Below are positions 53,662-62,744 of a DNA stretch of 64,000 nucleotides, in pieces. The notes beneath the pieces were generated by a model. It was not told the origin of the DNA, ran no database searches, and saw nothing but the letters and a program-made list of their open reading frames with translations. The first letter of the stretch is position 1; each line of letters begins with the position of its first letter. The stretch is taken from IMG/VR virus record IMGVR_UViG_3300023371_000080, one strand, 5' to 3'. The stretch is from a virus (Duplodnaviria; Heunggongvirae; Uroviricota; Caudoviricetes). Both the position numbers and the translations under genes were made by a program.

Positions 53662-54126
53662 TTAATCTCTATATATATCAACTAAATATTTTAAATAAAA
53701 GAAAGTTGCAATAATCCATATTCCAACTGCCGCCCGAAATATTGTGCCTACAAGAATTGATGTTATATACAACACTGTACCAGGAACAATATCTGCACGT
53801 CTTGTCGGAGGCGTATTTGCGTAATTATCCATTGCAATCCTCCATGTTGGCTTGTCTTCGTAAAAAACAGGTTCGATGATTTTTTCTATTACATCTTCTG
53901 GTTTATCAAATACCGCTATACCACAAAATCCCGTTCCAGGGGGTATAACGCCGCTAAATTTGAGATACCCACTTTCAAGTCCGCCAATAAATTTTGCGAT
54001 GCCATCGCACCTCTCTATTTCTCGCCGACTTGTATATGTTCCTCCTGGTCTAATTTTAACAACGGTTCCAACGCCATATCTTTTACCATAAAAATCAAAA
54101 TAATTTCGCGTATGATTATAAGACAT
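53662..54126 (-). CDS. hypothetical protein with C-terminal TM helix
   Basis: 154 aa. Confidence 0.4.
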   Translation of the reverse strand: MSYNHTRNYFDFYGKRYGVGTVVKIRPGGTYTSRREIERCDGIAKFIGGLESGYLKFSGVIPPGTGFCGIAVFDKPEDVIEKIIEPVFYEDKPTWRIAMDNYANTPPTRRADIVPGTVLYITSILVGTIFRAAVGIWIIATFFYLKYLVDIYRD

Positions 54127-54138
54127 TTAACCGCCTCC

Positions 54139-54375
54139 TTACGCAAACGCTAACGCCTTATTCTGCTTTTTCTTCTGTTTTAAAAGCTCCCTTTGTTTCC
54201 ACCATTCATGGTCTTCTATCTTGTCTAAATGGTGGCATTCTTTTTTAAGACATTCTTTTTTCTTAACTTGTTTTACGGTCATATAACAACCCTTTCTTTT
54301 ACAATAGGCACAAACATTAGAGCTCTCGCCTCCATAAAGTATTTTCTTTGCTTCTTCCATATCTCTTTCCCTCAT
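54139..54375 (-). CDS. small basic Cys/His-rich protein
   Basis: CAYCKRKGC..C..CHH; 78 aa. Confidence 0.4.
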   Translation of the reverse strand: MRERDMEEAKKILYGGESSNVCAYCKRKGCYMTVKQVKKKECLKKECHHLDKIEDHEWWKQRELLKQKKKQNKALAFA

Positions 54376-54394
54376 ATTATATCACATTTTATTG

Positions 54395-54664
54395 TTAATT
54401 TTGCGCATTGCTGATGGATTCTAACGCGCTGTCTATATTATCAGCTGCTTCATCGAGAGAGTTAATCGCATCACTCATATTATTAATCGCCTCTTCCATT
54501 GCAGCATATCTATCCGTTCCCGCAAATCTCTCCATATTATCTAAAGAGCTTTCTTCGTCGCTAAGCACATACTCTAAATCACATTTAAGATCATTGATGG
54601 ATTCTTTAATAATTGATAGTCTTTCCTCGATTTTAAACAATTCTTTTCTTTTTGTCTTGTTCAT
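54395..54664 (-). CDS. hypothetical acidic helical protein
   Basis: 89 aa. Confidence 0.4.
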   Translation of the reverse strand: MNKTKRKELFKIEERLSIIKESINDLKCDLEYVLSDEESSLDNMERFAGTDRYAAMEEAINNMSDAINSLDEAADNIDSALESISNAQN

Positions 54665-54685
54665 TTTAACCTCTTTTCTTCATGC

Positions 54686-54719
54686 TTGTATTATAGCATA
54701 ATTTTGCCATTTTGTCAAT
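54686..54719 (-). promoter_or_regulatory. sigma70-type promoter (leader motif overlaps -35 here)
   Basis: minus strand TTGACAAAATGGCAAAATTATGCTATAAT. Confidence 0.45.
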
Positions 54720-54751
54720 CATTTTGTGGTGTATTAATAAACTATTTACAA

Positions 54752-55270
54752 TTAGCTTACTTTCATTCTCTTAGCCATCGCCTGTCTGTAAGGCTCGAAT
54801 GCTTCTTGCTCATCATAATTCATCTTATTCAGAATCTCCATCCTTTCTGCCTCACTAATGATTCTTGTAATTTTAATACGATCTGCAATAACCCATAATC
54901 TATTACCAGACTCCTTAAAATTATAGAAGCCACCATCAGGCAATCTATCTGTAAAGCACTTCTTCGGTAGCTGCTCAACCATAGATGTATAATCTACGTC
55001 TGCCACATACTCTACCTCGCACCACACTCTTCTAAATCTCTTGCCTCGCTGAGATTTATATGTTCCATCTGCTCCCATAAGCCAAGGCGCACTAGGCATC
55101 ATAGTTCCCAGGTGCCAGCCTGGTCTGTGGGCGAACCCAGGATGATGTTCTACAATCTCTGCCATAACCCATTCATCCATAACGGTTTCTTCATTCTTAC
55201 CAATAAAGAGAGGAAAGAGTTTGCCATCGTCCCTCATTTCAAATAGCTTGTATCCTTTTTCAATTTTCAT
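54752..55270 (-). CDS. hypothetical protein
   Basis: 172 aa. Confidence 0.4.
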   Translation of the reverse strand: MKIEKGYKLFEMRDDGKLFPLFIGKNEETVMDEWVMAEIVEHHPGFAHRPGWHLGTMMPSAPWLMGADGTYKSQRGKRFRRVWCEVEYVADVDYTSMVEQLPKKCFTDRLPDGGFYNFKESGNRLWVIADRIKITRIISEAERMEILNKMNYDEQEAFEPYRQAMAKRMKVS

Positions 55271-55480
55271 AATTAATCCTCCTCACCCAAACACAATCTC
55301 ATCAAGTCGTCATCTCCTTAATTTCGCCAACAGCCTTTAGGAACGCCTCTCTTTCATCTAACCCTTGACGTACCCAAAACCTCATATTATCCCTCATTGC
55401 CTCTTCTAATACCAACATTGTTTCTTTATCATTTAACACTTAAATCCATCCTTTCATTTCAAAATCATTATTTTATGTTC

Positions 55481-55762
55481 TTATCCAACATAATAAATGC
55501 CACACATTTCACAACATTTAATAATGTCAACGCTTTTATTATCCGCTTCATCATCTGTAATTAAAGGCTTTCTATACGGCTCTGCTTCAATGGGAATTGC
55601 ACCACCCAAATCTTCTCTATAATCTCTTGCATACCATTCACCATCTATGCAATCAAGTTCTACCTCACCTTTTACATATGCTCTTGCTCTTTCAATCATA
55701 GCAATCAACTTTATTTCGTTATCATTAAACATATTTAAATCCTCCGTGTTAAAATTAATCAT
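55481..55762 (-). CDS. hypothetical small protein (early-gene cassette)
   Basis: 93 aa, CCEMCG C-terminus. Confidence 0.35.
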   Translation of the reverse strand: MINFNTEDLNMFNDNEIKLIAMIERARAYVKGEVELDCIDGEWYARDYREDLGGAIPIEAEPYRKPLITDDEADNKSVDIIKCCEMCGIYYVG

Positions 55763-55767
55763 TTACG

Positions 55768-56007
55768 TTACAACGATTCCATATCGTGCCTATAATTATC
55801 ATACGGCTTCGGCATATCCGCATAAGCAAGAACAATGGTATATTTTCCATCAAACCACCATCTATCCGTCTGCCATCTTCTAACTGTGACTTTGGGATTG
55901 CTTGAACCATCAATATATGTTACCAAGTATTCTCCATCTTCTTTTGGATTGCCATTTTTAATTACACTAATCCAGTTAATTTCCATAATAACCTCCGTTA
56001 AAATCAC
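55768..56007 (-). CDS. hypothetical small protein
   Basis: 79 aa; GGAGG RBS preceded by AAAAAGTGATTT leader variant. Confidence 0.35.
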   Translation of the reverse strand: MILTEVIMEINWISVIKNGNPKEDGEYLVTYIDGSSNPKVTVRRWQTDRWWFDGKYTIVLAYADMPKPYDNYRHDMESL

Positions 56008-56018
56008 TTTTTATGTGT

Positions 56019-56267
56019 TTATAAATTCCACGCACGGAACTCATTCATCTGCTCTTCTATATCCATTGAGAGATTATAGATTTCCATTACAGAACACATG
56101 TTGTTTCCATTGTAATAAGCCACTCTTTCTTGAACAGACTCTCCTTTATCTACATATACAGGAAAGTCGTCATAATCCCAATGGTCGCACACAATAATTA
56201 CATGGGTGGCGCCAGTTTTAATTCCTCGGTTTACCCAAGCTCTAATCTGATCTTCATTTGCTGCCAT
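56019..56267 (-). CDS. hypothetical small protein
   Basis: 82 aa. Confidence 0.35.
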   Translation of the reverse strand: MAANEDQIRAWVNRGIKTGATHVIIVCDHWDYDDFPVYVDKGESVQERVAYYNGNNMCSVMEIYNLSMDIEEQMNEFRAWNL

Positions 56268-56301
56268 ATCTAACTCCTTATCAAATCACTCTTTTATGCG
56301 C

Positions 56302-56574
56302 TTAATATCTAATTGATATGGGAATTTCCAAAAACTTCTTAAACTCCTGAACGAGATACATAGACAATCTATCGTCCTTGTCAAAATCTTCTTCGGGGAT
56401 ATAACCATCATTGTATTCATCGCCCCAATAAAAATAACTTCGCATCAAATCGTCCAAATCATCTTCTTTGTTTGGCTCTAAATCGTAGTGGTATTCAGCC
56501 TTATCCATAAGGTCATTATACAAGCATTTTCTCAACTTGATTTCTTCTTCTTTTGTTAATTTAATCTCCATCAT
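56302..56574 (-). CDS. hypothetical small acidic protein
   Basis: 90 aa. Confidence 0.35.
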   Translation of the reverse strand: MMEIKLTKEEEIKLRKCLYNDLMDKAEYHYDLEPNKEDDLDDLMRSYFYWGDEYNDGYIPEEDFDKDDRLSMYLVQEFKKFLEIPISIRY

Positions 56575-56936
56575 TTGCTTTCCTCCGTTATAAAATCACT
56601 TACTCTGTCAAAAAACTTTTTCCAATCGTCCTTATAAAAGCGGTCGTTTGTATCTATCGTGTTATAAATTGCATTGTCGCCTTTAACTTCTTTAATGCAC
56701 ACATGATGTACAACACAGCCTATTACAATAATCCATTCCCCATTTGCCTCATCTTTAATAATTCTTGTGGTTCTTGTTTTGCAATCGTACTCATATATCT
56801 CATCTGGACGATATTTACAATAAGCGGTTATAAATCTTTTACAATCTTTTCTTCTGCCTCTAAACAATTCTTTATATTTGTTGCCCCACTTACTTCTATC
56901 AACGGCAACAACACAATATTCTCTGTAATTTTCCAT
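56571..56936 (-). CDS. hypothetical protein
   Basis: 121 aa, ATGA overlap. Confidence 0.35.
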   Translation of the reverse strand: MENYREYCVVAVDRSKWGNKYKELFRGRRKDCKRFITAYCKYRPDEIYEYDCKTRTTRIIKDEANGEWIIVIGCVVHHVCIKEVKGDNAIYNTIDTNDRFYKDDWKKFFDRVSDFITEESK

Positions 56937-56953
56937 AGCAACCTTCCATCAAA

Positions 56954-57184
56954 TCACTCTTTTATTGCCTCTCTCAATGCCTTAATAGCAAGAGAACAGG
57001 CGTGGTATTTTTTTATTTCTTCATCGTCAAACAGATTATATCCTGCTCTAATGTCCGACAATTCGTGAATTGCGTTCCAGACTTCTTCTTTACTCCAATC
57101 GCACTTGACTATCGAAACACCAAACTCGTCTTTTGCAATCTGCTTTAATTTTTCAAATCTATCATCTGACATACTTTGCACCAT
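56954..57184 (-). CDS. hypothetical small protein
   Basis: 76 aa. Confidence 0.35.
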   Translation of the reverse strand: MVQSMSDDRFEKLKQIAKDEFGVSIVKCDWSKEEVWNAIHELSDIRAGYNLFDDEEIKKYHACSLAIKALREAIKE

Positions 57185-57190
57185 CTAAAA

Positions 57191-57598
57191 TCACTCTTTT
57201 ATTGTGCGAATTTCTAAATCCGTACCATCATAATTTCCGCTAATGCCATCATAAAAATATTCTTCGTGTCCTATGGATTTTATTGCTTTATCAAACATTT
57301 TGTAAAAATCCTCAATAAGATAATAGTGTGTAAACCCAACTCTTATATTGCAAAGTAGCTTTTCCAAATAACTACGAGCATGCATTTTACAATAGTCTTC
57401 ATCTTCACATTCAAATACCTTAATGAATCTGTACTCATCGTCAAATGGATGTTGATTATTTTCCCTTGTATATATCTTAAACTTTCTGTCTGACAAATTG
57501 ATGTCTATATCCTCGCAAACGGTTGAATATGAATACTTATAGCCATCAATACCATAATCTCTGTCTGTGTTAAAGTTAGCTTTAATTATTATCTTCAT
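57191..57598 (-). CDS. hypothetical protein
   Basis: 135 aa. Confidence 0.35.
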   Translation of the reverse strand: MKIIIKANFNTDRDYGIDGYKYSYSTVCEDIDINLSDRKFKIYTRENNQHPFDDEYRFIKVFECEDEDYCKMHARSYLEKLLCNIRVGFTHYYLIEDFYKMFDKAIKSIGHEEYFYDGISGNYDGTDLEIRTIKE

Positions 57599-57634
57599 AT
57601 AGTTTTTCCTCTTAAAATCGTCATTTTATCTTAC

Positions 57635-57868
57635 TTAAATATATCCGTTTGCTTTCATATACTCATCAAAAGTTGTTCTGCTTTGCATAAATTTTTCCTC
57701 TTGTGTTTTGTCTAAACATTTTACTGTATATCCCTTGTCGGTATAAATTTTAATACTACAAAACAATAAGTTTTTGTCTGTATTAAATAATTGCTCATAT
57801 CCATTTTTGGTTTTTTCATAACCACCATACCAACCATTTTTGCGTTCAAGTACAACTAATTCTTTCAT
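57635..57868 (-). CDS. hypothetical small protein
   Basis: 77 aa. Confidence 0.35.
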   Translation of the reverse strand: MKELVVLERKNGWYGGYEKTKNGYEQLFNTDKNLLFCSIKIYTDKGYTVKCLDKTQEEKFMQSRTTFDEYMKANGYI

Positions 57869-57870
57869 AT

Positions 57871-58101
57871 TTAAACCCTCACTACTTTTATCGGTTTAGG
57901 TCTTGCCATTCCATATTTCCAGCAATAACCTTGTGCTTCGTGATATTCTACCACATCATCACCTTTAATTATTTTGTATGTAGTTTCTCTTTTGTTTGTA
58001 ATCTGTTCGCTTATATCTTTTTTTTGTTGCAAACTCGCCTTTATAAATCCATTTACCAAAATCCCACGGATACCAAATATAAAGTTTATACATCTTATCA
58101 C
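57871..58101 (-). CDS. hypothetical small protein
   Basis: 76 aa. Confidence 0.35.
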   Translation of the reverse strand: MIRCINFIFGIRGILVNGFIKASLQQKKDISEQITNKRETTYKIIKGDDVVEYHEAQGYCWKYGMARPKPIKVVRV

Positions 58102-58121
58102 CTCATAAAATTATCCTTTTA

Positions 58122-58382
58122 TTATTTAACTTCTTTTACATTTGAAATATAGGAAATATCATTGCCATCTATAACCGCATCAAATTCTATTTTTGTTCCG
58201 TCTACAAACCCCAGGCATTTTTCCAGTGCTTTTGTTAAGGCCTTATTTATCTTTTCAATTACAACATTTCCGTTGTAATCTTTGATATTAACAAGTTCTA
58301 CACCTTTTTTGTAAAACATTCTGCCATAACCCTTAACATAGCATTGTCTGTTATAAGTGGCATATAATTTGATTTTATTCAT
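58122..58382 (-). CDS. hypothetical small protein
   Basis: 86 aa. Confidence 0.35.
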   Translation of the reverse strand: MNKIKLYATYNRQCYVKGYGRMFYKKGVELVNIKDYNGNVVIEKINKALTKALEKCLGFVDGTKIEFDAVIDGNDISYISNVKEVK

Positions 58383-58431
58383 ATCTAAATCCGCTTCATG
58401 AAATTACATTTTTATAATCATTTTGTTTTGT

Positions 58432-59118
58432 TTAATGTTCGTCAAAGTAAACTGCCTTAACCTTCTTGTTCCAACATACCCCACAAGCAGAACAATTCGT
58501 TTCCCTGCCAGGACAATGGAACGCATTCTTAGGAATTTCAGGCGTAAATCTTTCTTCCTTAAACTTCACATAAGCAACAGGAAGCCCATGGGGATTCGGC
58601 ACGTCCCAAAGCACATCCCAAGCAGAGAAGAAGATATTATAATTATCGGGGAGTTTTCCGCCGTCGTCAAGATACTTATTTACCAGATCGTACTTCTTGG
58701 TATAAGCCATAAACTTTACATTAGGGAACTGCTTTGCCAACTCTACGCTTCTCTCAAGAAACTCTCCATCAGGAAAATCCCCAGAATCAAAGAATCTTAC
58801 CATAGGAAGACCGCTGAACTTAATCTTATAATGCAGCTGCTCAAAGAAATCATCTGCGCTGTTATTATACAGTCTCAGATTTCTATAATAAGCTCCCTGA
58901 ACATTTGCAAAGCTCTGACATCCATGTTGTGCATAACACTTCTTGAAGCACGGTGCATCAGGATTGCAAACGGTTACAGGAAACGGCACAGAAATGCATG
59001 CCTTTCCAAGCTTTCTGTTATTGTTGTTTGCGCAGATTTCATTACTGCGCAATGCATACTCCTCTATTCTTAATATCTTTTCTTCTTGTGTAAATGTGTA
59101 GTTAGCTTTCTTTCCCAT
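58432..59118 (-). CDS. Cys-rich hypothetical protein (possibly phage Gp37/Gp68-like)
   Basis: CNPDAPCFKKCYAQHGC cluster and C-terminal CPGRETNCSACGVC; 228 aa; overlapping plus-strand ORF 58423..59073 judged spurious. Confidence 0.4.
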   Translation of the reverse strand: MGKKANYTFTQEEKILRIEEYALRSNEICANNNNRKLGKACISVPFPVTVCNPDAPCFKKCYAQHGCQSFANVQGAYYRNLRLYNNSADDFFEQLHYKIKFSGLPMVRFFDSGDFPDGEFLERSVELAKQFPNVKFMAYTKKYDLVNKYLDDGGKLPDNYNIFFSAWDVLWDVPNPHGLPVAYVKFKEERFTPEIPKNAFHCPGRETNCSACGVCWNKKVKAVYFDEH

Positions 59119-59165
59119 TTTACATTTCTCCTTTATTGTATCATATTTTAATCATTTTGTACTGT

Positions 59166-59408
59166 TTAATTGAAAACAATTTCTGTTGTATAATCCTCAT
59201 CGTCTTTATCGTCCCACACCAGTGCTCTCAGTTCATCACCCACGGGTTTCTCCATTAGCACGGTTGGTCTGCTTGAATTCTCACCCTTATCATTATCAGC
59301 AACAAATTCTACGCATATTCCAGGATAATCTATATCTCCACAAATTGTGGCATACAAATACCCACCCTCTACTTTTACTTTTAAAGTTTCTTCTGGTTTA
59401 CTATACAT
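59166..59408 (-). CDS. hypothetical small acidic protein
   Basis: 80 aa. Confidence 0.35.
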   Translation of the reverse strand: MYSKPEETLKVKVEGGYLYATICGDIDYPGICVEFVADNDKGENSSRPTVLMEKPVGDELRALVWDDKDDEDYTTEIVFN

Positions 59409-59409
59409 T

Positions 59410-59622
59410 TTATTTGTCCTCCTTTATATTAAATGCGCTACCACGATCCTCATGACCGCAATCGGTGCAGGTCCAAAAGTCCATATCATCGGGGAAGTGG
59501 GTTACTTCAACACAGTCGTCAATAACTTCTATAAAATCTCCGTGCTCATTGACTATCCAATCCTGCGTAACGTGTGCCGTCACGAAAAACTTTTTGCAAC
59601 CACATTTGGGACATCTTTTCAT
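59410..59622 (-). CDS. zinc-ribbon small protein
   Basis: CPKCGC .. CTDCGH. Confidence 0.4.
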   Translation of the reverse strand: MKRCPKCGCKKFFVTAHVTQDWIVNEHGDFIEVIDDCVEVTHFPDDMDFWTCTDCGHEDRGSAFNIKEDK

Positions 59623-59623
59623 A

Positions 59624-60175
59624 TTAATTACCTTCCTTATTAAAATATTTCATATGGTCTTCGAACATACCATAGTCATCACCAAAACCGCCAATACAAA
59701 TGTTTCCATTATCATCTACCATATCTTCGGTGAAATTTGTTTCATACTCTGCGTTATACTCTTCGATAGTATCGAACTCCCATATCCAATGTTCCTCATA
59801 ATCAACACATTCATTGATTACTGTCTCTTCCTTGGCGAATAACATATGTTCCTGGAAGGCACATCCAGGCTCCGAAGAATACACCTCAATCACAAGCTCA
59901 AGCCTTTCTGCTTCACTCTCAAGAGACGGGCTGTCTCCTCTATATTCTCTCATCATGGCTGAAAGTACGGACCAAGCGCAATCGCCATAGCCTTCCACGC
60001 TTACGATCTCGTCTTCATTTTTATTATCAATGTCTTCTGTATCGCAATGAAACTCATATATACGACCGAGCCCGTTATTTTTAAACTCGTCTTTCCACTG
60101 AAGCATTCGGATTAACTCCTTAATACTCTTTGCTTTTCCTGTAATTTTCATATCAAATAAACAATTGTTAGCCAT
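59624..60175 (-). CDS. hypothetical acidic protein
   Basis: 183 aa. Confidence 0.4.
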   Translation of the reverse strand: MANNCLFDMKITGKAKSIKELIRMLQWKDEFKNNGLGRIYEFHCDTEDIDNKNEDEIVSVEGYGDCAWSVLSAMMREYRGDSPSLESEAERLELVIEVYSSEPGCAFQEHMLFAKEETVINECVDYEEHWIWEFDTIEEYNAEYETNFTEDMVDDNGNICIGGFGDDYGMFEDHMKYFNKEGN

Positions 60176-60231
60176 AATTTTATCTCCTTCTGCCCAGGTT
60201 TAACCGCCTGGGCTCGGTTTATTTTTTTTAT

Positions 60232-60654
60232 TTATGCGACATCTACACGGATGTTGTCGCTATTTCTTTCTACTACATCAATCAAGAAACTTGTTCTTTC
60301 TTTAACCTGCATATGCTCCCAACAATAATCGAGTATTGTTTCAAAAATCTCAATACCAGACGTCTTGCCGAGATTAGTAATGTCTGTAATCTTATGGTGC
60401 TGGCAAAACCGAATTACATCACCAAGTGTATCAAGTCTTGCTCTCTTCAGAGCGTTGGTCGATCTGCCAGACATTTCAAAGTCCATAACAGATACTCCGA
60501 AGATTGATTCATTATAAGGAATGCAAACTGTTCTCTTATTATATACCTGCTTGAGCGCCTGAGAGAGCTTTGCGCCCTCTGCCATCTTATCAACGATAAA
60601 ATCCATTACATAAATATTTCTCTGTGTCATAATACGATTCTCCTTTAAAATCAT
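60232..60654 (-). CDS. protein with RNA polymerase alpha-subunit C-terminal-domain-like (HhH) motif
   Basis: MSGRSTNALKRARLDTLGDVIRF matches alpha-CTD signature (cf. E. coli RpoA VRSANCLKAEAIHYIGDLV). Confidence 0.45.
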   Translation of the reverse strand: MILKENRIMTQRNIYVMDFIVDKMAEGAKLSQALKQVYNKRTVCIPYNESIFGVSVMDFEMSGRSTNALKRARLDTLGDVIRFCQHHKITDITNLGKTSGIEIFETILDYCWEHMQVKERTSFLIDVVERNSDNIRVDVA

Positions 60655-60674
60655 TTTGTATTGTTTAATTAGTT

Positions 60675-60995
60675 TTACATCAAATCTACAATTATGGCTG
60701 AGTAATGATAAGTCTTTCCCTCATATTCATCCTCGAACTCTTCATACTCAATATTTGTAACCTTCTTTGCCAGGTCTCTGGTCGGCACGAATGTTTCTCT
60801 TACAGATGGAATACATCCGCCGTCATTGGTACTGATTGCATAATCTCTGTCTTCTTCCATTCTCAGAACATATATCAGTTCGTTGAGCGACTTAGGATTG
60901 CTACGTGCAATCATAGGATGCTTCGCAAACATTGCGTCAAGTTTTGCCTGAAATTCTGCATTAGTCATTGTTTTTATTCTCCTTAATATATTCAT
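60675..60995 (-). CDS. hypothetical protein
   Basis: 106 aa. Confidence 0.35.
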   Translation of the reverse strand: MNILRRIKTMTNAEFQAKLDAMFAKHPMIARSNPKSLNELIYVLRMEEDRDYAISTNDGGCIPSVRETFVPTRDLAKKVTNIEYEEFEDEYEGKTYHYSAIIVDLM

Positions 60996-61227
60996 TGATT
61001 ACATATCCCATGGTGCCCCAATAATGATCCCAATATCCATCATTGTGTTCAAGTGCGTCTTCAAATCTTTCGGCGATAAGCTCAAGATCTACATCATCAA
61101 GATCCTCATCTTCTTCAAGCTGAGACGCCACATCTTCTTTCAGATATTCCATATTCTTTGCTTCGTATGCCTTGCGAAGTTCTTCTTGGGTTAATTCAAA
61201 CTCTTTTCCATCTCTAACAATTTTCAT
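60961..61227 (-). CDS. hypothetical small acidic protein
   Basis: 88 aa. Confidence 0.35.
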   Translation of the reverse strand: MKIVRDGKEFELTQEELRKAYEAKNMEYLKEDVASQLEEDEDLDDVDLELIAERFEDALEHNDGYWDHYWGTMGYVINEYIKENKNND

Positions 61228-61229
61228 AA

Positions 61230-61577
61230 TTACTCCTCCAATTCTCCGACAATCTCAATGTGTCGGCCACCTTTGCTTTCCGCCATAGTTACATACTGTT
61301 CAAGTAACCAGTTCATTTTGTCTTTCATAAGAAAATATGCTTCCTGCTCTTTCTTTGCGCTTCTACGACTACAAGGCACAAGCATACAAGCCAATGTGTT
61401 GTAATACTGAAAATATTCGGGACTATAGAAAACGCTATAATGACCATCTCCTTTTGAACACGGCGTTACTCTTGCTTCGTAACCTCTGCCCTTGTTGTAG
61501 TGGATCTCAACTCTTAATAAGTTTGAATCTGAATAAATTCCTGTTGTTTTGTAGTAATGTATCATAGCTACCTCCAA
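61230..61577 (-). CDS. hypothetical protein
   Basis: 115 aa. Confidence 0.35.
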   Translation of the reverse strand: MEVAMIHYYKTTGIYSDSNLLRVEIHYNKGRGYEARVTPCSKGDGHYSVFYSPEYFQYYNTLACMLVPCSRRSAKKEQEAYFLMKDKMNWLLEQYVTMAESKGGRHIEIVGELEE

Positions 61578-62083
61578 CCATAAATTTTAGCCACATCTTT
61601 ATAAAGCGACTTTGTATAATAATTCAATTTCTTTGATGTAATTTCTTTGCCATCCCAGATATCATTAAGTAGATTCACAATATTTCTATCCTCACGAATT
61701 ACTCTGTACAGGTAATGATTTGTACCGTCATGATGTACTTCCGTTCCTTTGATGTTATAACCATCGCCATAGAATTCAGCATATTCATAAGTGAATCCAA
61801 GGATATCCTTAATATTGCCGCTCTCTACAATCTTATAAGCAGACTTTCTGCCATTCCACAGACCAAGGTCTGCGATAACAAGAATTCTACCTTCGACAAC
61901 CTTGTTGAGATTCATACGTTCATCATCAAGATATTCATCATTTGTTTCCATCATCCATTCATAGATAGCAAGTTCATCATCAGAATCATATTCCATATCG
62001 TTGTTTTCGCAAGACTCTTTGTAATCTTCCCTCCAGTCCTCGATATCGAGATTCATATTGCTCCATATAATGTGCTTTTTCAT
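61568..62083 (-). CDS. hypothetical acidic protein
   Basis: 171 aa. Confidence 0.4.
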   Translation of the reverse strand: MKKHIIWSNMNLDIEDWREDYKESCENNDMEYDSDDELAIYEWMMETNDEYLDDERMNLNKVVEGRILVIADLGLWNGRKSAYKIVESGNIKDILGFTYEYAEFYGDGYNIKGTEVHHDGTNHYLYRVIREDRNIVNLLNDIWDGKEITSKKLNYYTKSLYKDVAKIYGWR

Positions 62084-62086
62084 AAT

Positions 62087-62359
62087 TTATTTCTCCCCTA
62101 AAAGCTGTTTAATATATTCTTTGTCTTGATACTCATTCTCACAAAATTCTTCGTAACATGCCCAGATTTCATTATGAAAACCATAATCAAATTCCCAATC
62201 CTCAAAAATTTCCTTTAAATCAATGGCTTCGTCCTCATCAACCTCTTCTATACAAGACTTCAATTCCTTGATTAAATCTGCCAGCGTATATCCGTGTCGC
62301 ATCATCCAATCTAACTTATACGCCTCGTATGCTCTTTTTCTACGACTCATTTTTGCCAT
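62087..62359 (-). CDS. hypothetical small acidic protein
   Basis: 90 aa. Confidence 0.35.
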   Translation of the reverse strand: MAKMSRRKRAYEAYKLDWMMRHGYTLADLIKELKSCIEEVDEDEAIDLKEIFEDWEFDYGFHNEIWACYEEFCENEYQDKEYIKQLLGEK

Positions 62360-62399
62360 AATTAAACTCCCTCTTCTTTATCCAACTTTTATTTTTATA

Positions 62400-62744
62400 T
62401 ACACTCATGAATTTGTAAGCTTTCTTTAATTGTTTCATATGTGCAGCATGATCCTGAATAAGGATCATAAGCAGGATGATAACCCTGCTTATGATCCGAT
62501 TTCAGGAGTTATTTGCTGCATTATTGAATTATATTCCCTTGTGTATATCGGCGCTTATACCAACACACTCTGCATTTCTGTAGATATATCTTTAACTGTT
62601 TCATATGAGAGCTGTAAACGGATGTAAATACAGCAGTATTAGCTGGTGATAACCAGCTCAGACTGCTGTATGACATATCATTTACAGCTCTGATTAAAGT
62701 TAAATACCTTGTGTGTTATGCGTTATCTATCCGCAGTAGATTAA
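62400..62744. repeat. two diverged tandem units (~150 bp each), each with TTnAnTGTTTCATATG box followed by a ~75-nt imperfect hairpin with a TGATAACC loop; candidate structured RNA / regulatory element
   Basis: Unit A stem TGCAGCATGATCCTGAATAAGGATCATAAGCAGG / CCTGCTTATGATCCGATTTCAGGA..TGCTGCA; unit B stem GAGCTGTAAACGGATGTAAATACAGCAGT..AGCTGGT / ACCAGCT..ACTGCTGTATGACATATCATTTACAGCTC. Confidence 0.45.

Noticed and set aside
58423-59073. 216-aa plus-strand ORF overlapping the Cys-rich gene 58432..59118
   Set aside because: The minus-strand frame has Cys-cluster motifs and fits the operon orientation. The plus frame is Ile/Leu/Ser-rich with no RBS.
62430-62627. 65-aa plus-strand ORF across hairpin unit A
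   Set aside because: The equivalent frame in the paralogous unit B is closed by TGA within the loop. The hairpin structure, not the coding frame, is conserved.
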